A stretch of DNA of 64,000 bases from Cyanophora paradoxa CCMP329 (lineage: Eukaryota; Plantae; Glaucophyta): NCBI GenBank assembly GCA_004431415.1, contig QPMI01000294.1:6315-70314 (forward strand), written 5' to 3'. Below, one piece after another: positions 59,020 to 64,000 of this stretch. Numbering within the stretch: position 1 is the stretch's first letter; every line of letters begins with the position of its first letter. A program made the translations under genes and the position numbers. The notes beneath the pieces are model-generated. The model ran no database searches, had not been told where the DNA came from, and saw only the letters and a list, made by a program, of their open reading frames with translations.

Positions 59020-60466
59020 ATGGCGCCGCTTCTGATCCTGCCGCTCCGCTGGCGAGCGCTGCGGCGCCCCCCGCGACCCCGCCGCGCGGCCCCGCCGTCG
59101 TCGTGCCGCTGGACAGCCCCGCCTCCGCCAGCTCGGCCGCTTCGGTCGCCAGCGGCGAGACGAAGAAGCGCAGCGCGCGCCGGCGCAGGCCCCGCGCGCG
59201 GGCCACGAGCTTCGAGAAGGCCGGCTGGCTCTCTCGCCTCTTCACCTACAGCTGGTCCGCCCGCTCCAGGCCTGCGCGATCTCGCCTCGTGATTCCTCTG
59301 ACTCCATCGAGCCGCAGGCTGAGCCCGCTCGTGCGCCCCGCCGTCCCTTCCTTTGCGCGCGCCGCCGCGCGCGCCTTGGCTGATCATGATCATGAGCCTT
59401 CGCGCGCCGGCGCCGCAGGTCGCGAAAGCGCGGAAGGGGGCGCTCGCGGAGAGCGACCTGGCGCTCCCGAGCAAACTCACCGCGAAGCGCTGCACGGACC
59501 GGTTCCAGCAGGAGTGGTCTCGCGAGGCGGGGAAGCTCAAGCCCGCCGACTCGCCCGGCGCCGACCACGTGCACGGGGCGGTGCGCAGGGCGGCCGGTGC
59601 CCGCTCTTTGTCTCTTCAACTCTGATCGGCTTTCTTCAGGGCCCGAGCCTGCCCCGCGCGCTTTCGCGCTGCTTCCTACGCGAGTTCATCCGCGCCGGCG
59701 CCGGGGTGCGCGCTTTCCCCTACGATTCGATCCGGATCGAATTTGAATTTGATCCGCAGCTCTGGAAGGGCCTCTGGTCGGTCCTCATCGTTCTGGCGGC
59801 CTTCTACTTCGTTCGCGAGATCCTCGTCTGGGCCCAAGGCGAGCCCGCTCGCCGCGCACCATCCCTTCTCGATTTCCTTCCTTTCGGTTCTTAGCCCTCC
59901 CCGGCCCTTCGCTTCTTCGCAGCTTACGAGGCGGACAAGGCGGCGGGCCGCACGCCCGACGTGGCCAAGGGGTGGATCCTCGCCGTCTGCTTCTTCCTCG
60001 ACTGCTGGTGCGGCCCGGCGCTTCCCCCACTCTCTTCGATTTCGATCGATCCCGAATCTCCTATTTTCGGCCCGCAGGCTGCTCTCGGTTGCCATGCAGC
60101 AGGCGCGCGCCCGCCCGCTTAAGCTTCGCTTCTCCCAAGCCCGCGTCGATTTCGATCCCAAGCCGGGGCGGTGCGCCGACTCGAGCTCCTGCACGGGGCG
60201 GTGCGCCGGGCGGCCCGTGCATATGCTCTTTCTCTCAAACTCCGACCCGTTCGAATTCGAATATTAATTCTCGACTCGGCGATCGGCTTTTCGCAGGGCC
60301 GCGGACCCAGGCCAAGCCTGCCCCGCGCGCTTTCGCGCTGCTTCCTACGCGAGTTCATCCGCGCCGGGGTGCGCGCGTCCCTCGAATTCGATCCAGTCAG
60401 CAGCTCTGGAAGGGCCTTTAATTTGGTCGGTCCTTCTACCTTAAGCTTCTACTTGCGAAGTTACTG
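59020..60466 (+). pseudogene. ABCC/MRP transporter N-terminal fragment with duplicated exons, apparently truncated
   Basis: EKAGWLSRLFTYSW..ARKGALAESDL..PSLPRALSRCF..LWKGLW..GWILAVCFF. Exons are repeated at about 60170-60420 and no NBD follows. Start is approximate. Confidence 0.65.
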
Positions 60467-60900
60467 AGTCCGTTTGCGAGACTTGATATCCTAGAGGCCT
60501 TGTCGTCGTCAAGTTGTCGACGTCTAGACTCTAGACTCTGAGACTCCGTGGCCGAGACTCCAGATTCAAAATGATTCTAGAATCCAGGCTACTCATTTTA
60601 GTAAACACATGTAGCTATAGATCTCACCAGATCATCGGATCCGACGGATCATCATGATCACCACTGACTCACCATGGCCAGATCATCGGATCCGACGGAT
60701 CTTATAAATTAATGCCGCTGATGCCACCGATGTCTGTGCCCGACGGTCAGTTTGTGCACGTGTCACTGCCGCCTCGGCTGCAGGGCCTACCCGGGTACTA
60801 GCTAGCTACGGCGGGTAGGCGCCGGCCTCCCGCGCGCCGGCGGGCCGGCGCCCGGATTCCGCCGGCGCGGGCCGCGGGCGGCCGGCGCCGGCGCGGCCTA

Positions 60901-61003
60901 CCGCGGCCCGGGCGGCCGGGCCGGCGGCGCGGCCGGGCGCCGGCGGCCCCGCGCCGGCCGGGCCCGGGGCGGCGGGCGCCCGGCCCGCGGCCGGCGGCGG
61001 GGC
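60901..61003. repeat. 103-nt tract containing only G and C
   Basis: No A or T in the interval; it is preceded by further near-pure GC sequence. Confidence 0.85.
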
Positions 61004-61115
61004 AGCCTGGCAATAGTGGCGCGGTCCGCGGCCGGCGTCCGAGGCAGAGGCACAGACGTAATTCTGATTGGTCCGTCAAGTCTGCCTGCAGAATTTAACT
61101 TGAAAGTTGAAAATA

Positions 61116-61509
61116 CTGTAGATCGGGAAATATTTAGTATACTGGATCTTTTTAGTACCAAAGTTTTGAGGTCTGAGTGCTAAATATTTACCGTATATTA
61201 AACCTGAACCGCGTGGGGGGTACATAGCTCTGTCGCTTCGGCGCAGCCGTATACGTAGTTGCAGCGCGGGAGAAGCATGCCGCCGAAGGGAGTACAGAAG
61301 CGCGCGGCGTCGCCGCTGAGTTCGAGCGACGAGCGTCCATCCAGCCGCCCGGCCACGCCTTGGCCTGATGCGTCCGCCGCTCCGCGCTCCGCTCCCTTTA
61401 GCTACTAAAGCGCTCCGCGGCCAAGTCTTAAATATTTTCAGGCTACTAAACCGGCCAAAACTCGGGATTACTAAATATTTTGGGGTCTTAAATATTACCC
61501 GTTCTACAG
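61116..61509. mobile_element. MITE with TA TSD, imperfect TIR CTGTAGA.CGGG.AATATTTA
   Basis: TA|CTGTAGATCGGGAAATATTTA ... TAAATATTACCCGTTCTACAG|TA. A second partial copy runs from about 63838 to 64000. Confidence 0.8.
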
Positions 61510-62379
61510 TAGGCTCTGGAGTCTGGACCGGCCTGCCTCGAATCCCTCGATCTGCCTCGGGCCCTCGACTTGAAAGTTGAAAGTTGAAACCCCGGACCGT
61601 CGGACTGGCACGTGCACCTGCCTTGCCTTGCCTTTTTCTGCCTCGGGCCTCGGCTACCTAGGTCGCGCGGGGACTCGCGCCGAGGCCCCCCCTTAGCAGA
61701 CCGAGGCAGACTTTTGTTTTTCCGCCGACCTGCAGCTAGGCTGCAGCCAACGCATCGCGCCTACGTATACGGCGTAACTGATGCGCGCTCGCTCCGTAAA
61801 CGCGACGGCAAAGTGATCAGCATGCTTCAGCCGACCTGTGCGCGTTGAGCTCGTCGCCCAGCTCGGCCGGGCAGCCGACATCGCCAGCTTGCGAACTTTC
61901 TAGAAGCTCCGATCGCGAGGCTCTGCGCCGCGCGCCCATGGCCAGACGCATGTAGATGCTGCAGGGAACCTAGATCTAGAGCAGCACTGTGCACGCGTGC
62001 GCAATGCGCCACAGGTCGCTGGCGGTGCTTTAAATTTCCGGCCGACTTCGCGAAGCTTCTTGCCTTGCCTAGGTTGACAACCTGGACCGACCTAGGCAAG
62101 GCAGAAATTTGAAATTTCACCAATTTTCACGTATCCGGGGCAGAGGCCGGGCAGACTTGAAATAGGCAGAAAGGCATACAAGTCACCAGTACTACGGTAC
62201 TGTCACCGTACTAGTGACCGTAGTGACCGTACTGATGAGCCGAGTAGGGAAATAACTGACTCAGTGATTCACTGTTTTATAGAAATAAAGCAGCGTTTTG
62301 CAACGGCAGCATTCATTTCATTGGAGCGTCCGAACGGTCAAAACTCAGAAAACTTCAACCGTTAATTGAACGTGACATA

Positions 62380-62644
62380 CTGTAAACGTAGAAATGTTCG
62401 TTGAGACTTAATTTCGACAAAACCCGAAAATCGTGACGAAAATATGGTTCGACAGCAGCAAATTTTCGTCAGCCCCGCGACTCCGCCATAGAAGGTTCAG
62501 CCGTTAGTACCCCTCTCCATACAAAATTTCAGTTTCAGTTCAAAATACAAAAACAATACAAAATATTCGTCAAACTGCAGGGTTGACGAATATATAGACG
62601 AAATAAAGACGCTGTCGAAGATTCCTACGTTCAACGGTTTACAG
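62380..62644. mobile_element. Probable MITE with TA TSD, TIR CTGTAAAC
   Basis: TA|CTGTAAACG ... GGTTTACAG|TA, with internal GACGAA repeats. Confidence 0.55.
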
Positions 62645-63405
62645 TAATTAACTACTGCGCAGCCTGCTCTACGCGTACGGTCGCTACTACTCGCTAGGAG
62701 TCTAGGACTCGCTAGTAGAGTCGCTACGTACCATATTACTGCGTTCAATAATTTTAGAACGCAGTAATTTGGTAGCGCAGTATTAATTACGTATACCCCC
62801 TTGGCTAGCATTACCCCTATTTTCGAGGCCAATATTACTGGAACGTAGTAATTTGGTAGCGCATGCGCAGGGGGCCAGGGGCCTGCGGCTGTCACAGGCT
62901 CACAGGCTAGAGTCATAGCTAGTGTATACGAATAACCGTTGAATCTAAACTCTCTAGGATTGGTCAGTTTCAAAGCAGCTGATTCGTCGCCGCATTATCC
63001 GACGAAACGAAAAAGTTTTAAAAGACAGAAAAACAGACGACGAACTCGGAACTCGCCGTAGTAGGCCCGGCCTATGCTCCCCCCGGGCCGAGCGGCTCGA
63101 GCCGGGCTGCTATATACTGCAGTAGCTAGCGCTGGCGCTGGACCGTCGGACAGTGGCCACGCGAGCCGGCTCAAGCCGAGCCGCTCGAGGGGCGCATCGC
63201 GTCCAGCTAGCGCTCGAGCCGGGTGGGGCTTTATTATGGGCGAGCCGGCGAGCCGGCGGTGTTTGCCGATATTAATATAGTTGTTTAGTATATATATCGA
63301 ATATTATACAAGGCTAGGACTAGTACGGCGTACCCCCACTCTCGAACCGGCTTGAGCCCGGTGAGCCGGCTCGCGGCACAGGACTTCAGCGACAGAAGTC
63401 GATTA

Positions 63406-63666
63406 CCGTAGAGCAGGAAAATAGTGGGCCGGAAATTAGTGGACTAGAAAACTTGGCCCTCCCTTAGGCAAAATACTGGAGCCCGAAATTAGTGGACCGA
63501 AATCTTGTCAGGCTTGTATGGGGCGGTAATTATGGGGGATACTGTATGGGGCAGCTTAGCAGCAGAGAAATACTGGAGCCCGAAATTAGTGGACTGAGTC
63601 AAGTTTTCGGTCCACTAATTTCGGGCTCCAGTAATTTTCTGCGTCCAGTATTTTCCTGCTCTACGG
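63406..63666. mobile_element. MITE with TA TSD, TIR CCGTAGAGCAGGAAAATA
   Basis: TA|CCGTAGAGCAGGAAAATA ... TATTTTCCTGCTCTACGG|TA. It is an inverted relative of 49108-49319 (AAATTAGTGGA repeats). Confidence 0.85.
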
Positions 63667-63837
63667 TAGCGGCACGGCCGGGTGACGGCCCCTCGGCGCC
63701 GGCCTGGGCCGCCTGGCCCGGCCCGGCCCCACGGTCCCCACCTCTATATATATCATGAATCTGATTCATGATACCGTGCACCACTTAATAAATGCGCCAG
63801 AAATTAACGCGTTTTTGGACCCGCGCCGGACGCCTTA

Positions 63838-64000
63838 CGTAAGTCGGGAAATATTTAGTATACTGGATCTTTTTAGTACCAAAGGTTTGAGGCCCTACTA
63901 CTAGTTTTATCGTATACTAACCTGATTTCTGGGGGGGTACGTAGCGCAACCGTTGTTGCAGCGCGGGAGAAGCTAGCCGTAGTGCGAGGCCGGCGCGGGG
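63838..64000. mobile_element. Partial second copy of the 61116 MITE family
   Basis: TCGGGAAATATTTAGTATACTGGATCTTTTTAGTACCAAAG is identical to the copy near 61123. Confidence 0.7.

Noticed and set aside
46500-61100. Many long overlapping Arg/Pro/Gly/Ala-rich ORFs (e.g. 57698-59245, 58278-59894, 53294-54325)
   Set aside because: These reflect stop-codon scarcity in very GC-rich DNA. Only segments matching HO1, SET, RTCA and ABCC exons are credible.

Overview
This is eukaryotic genomic DNA, probably from an intron-rich alga with a primary plastid (glaucophyte-like). It carries two different AT-rich endogenous Polinton-like viruses (PLVs). PLV-1 (1-13668) is cut by the window edge and encodes the MCP C-terminus, an A32-like ATPase, a primase/SF3 helicase, a protein-primed PolB with a degenerate exonuclease and an rve integrase. 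PLV-2 (33211-44450) is complete: 11.2 kb, with terminal inverted repeats, a TCCAAG target-site duplication, ATPase, MCP, penton, pPolB and integrase. Both elements sit inside coding exons of what looks like one very large minus-strand host gene for a secreted or surface protein (signal peptide, CUB-like, PPC-like, WD40, IPT/TIG and parallel beta-helix repeats). Removing PLV-2 restores the host reading frame exactly. The two viruses are strongly diverged but share a ~68% identical small protein and a bipartite promoter motif. The GC-rich right third holds MITE clusters and host genes for a plastid heme oxygenase, a SMYD-like SET protein, RNA 3'-phosphate cyclase and a truncated ABCC transporter. 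The viral frameshifts I checked are single-base losses in homopolymer runs and are probably assembly errors.
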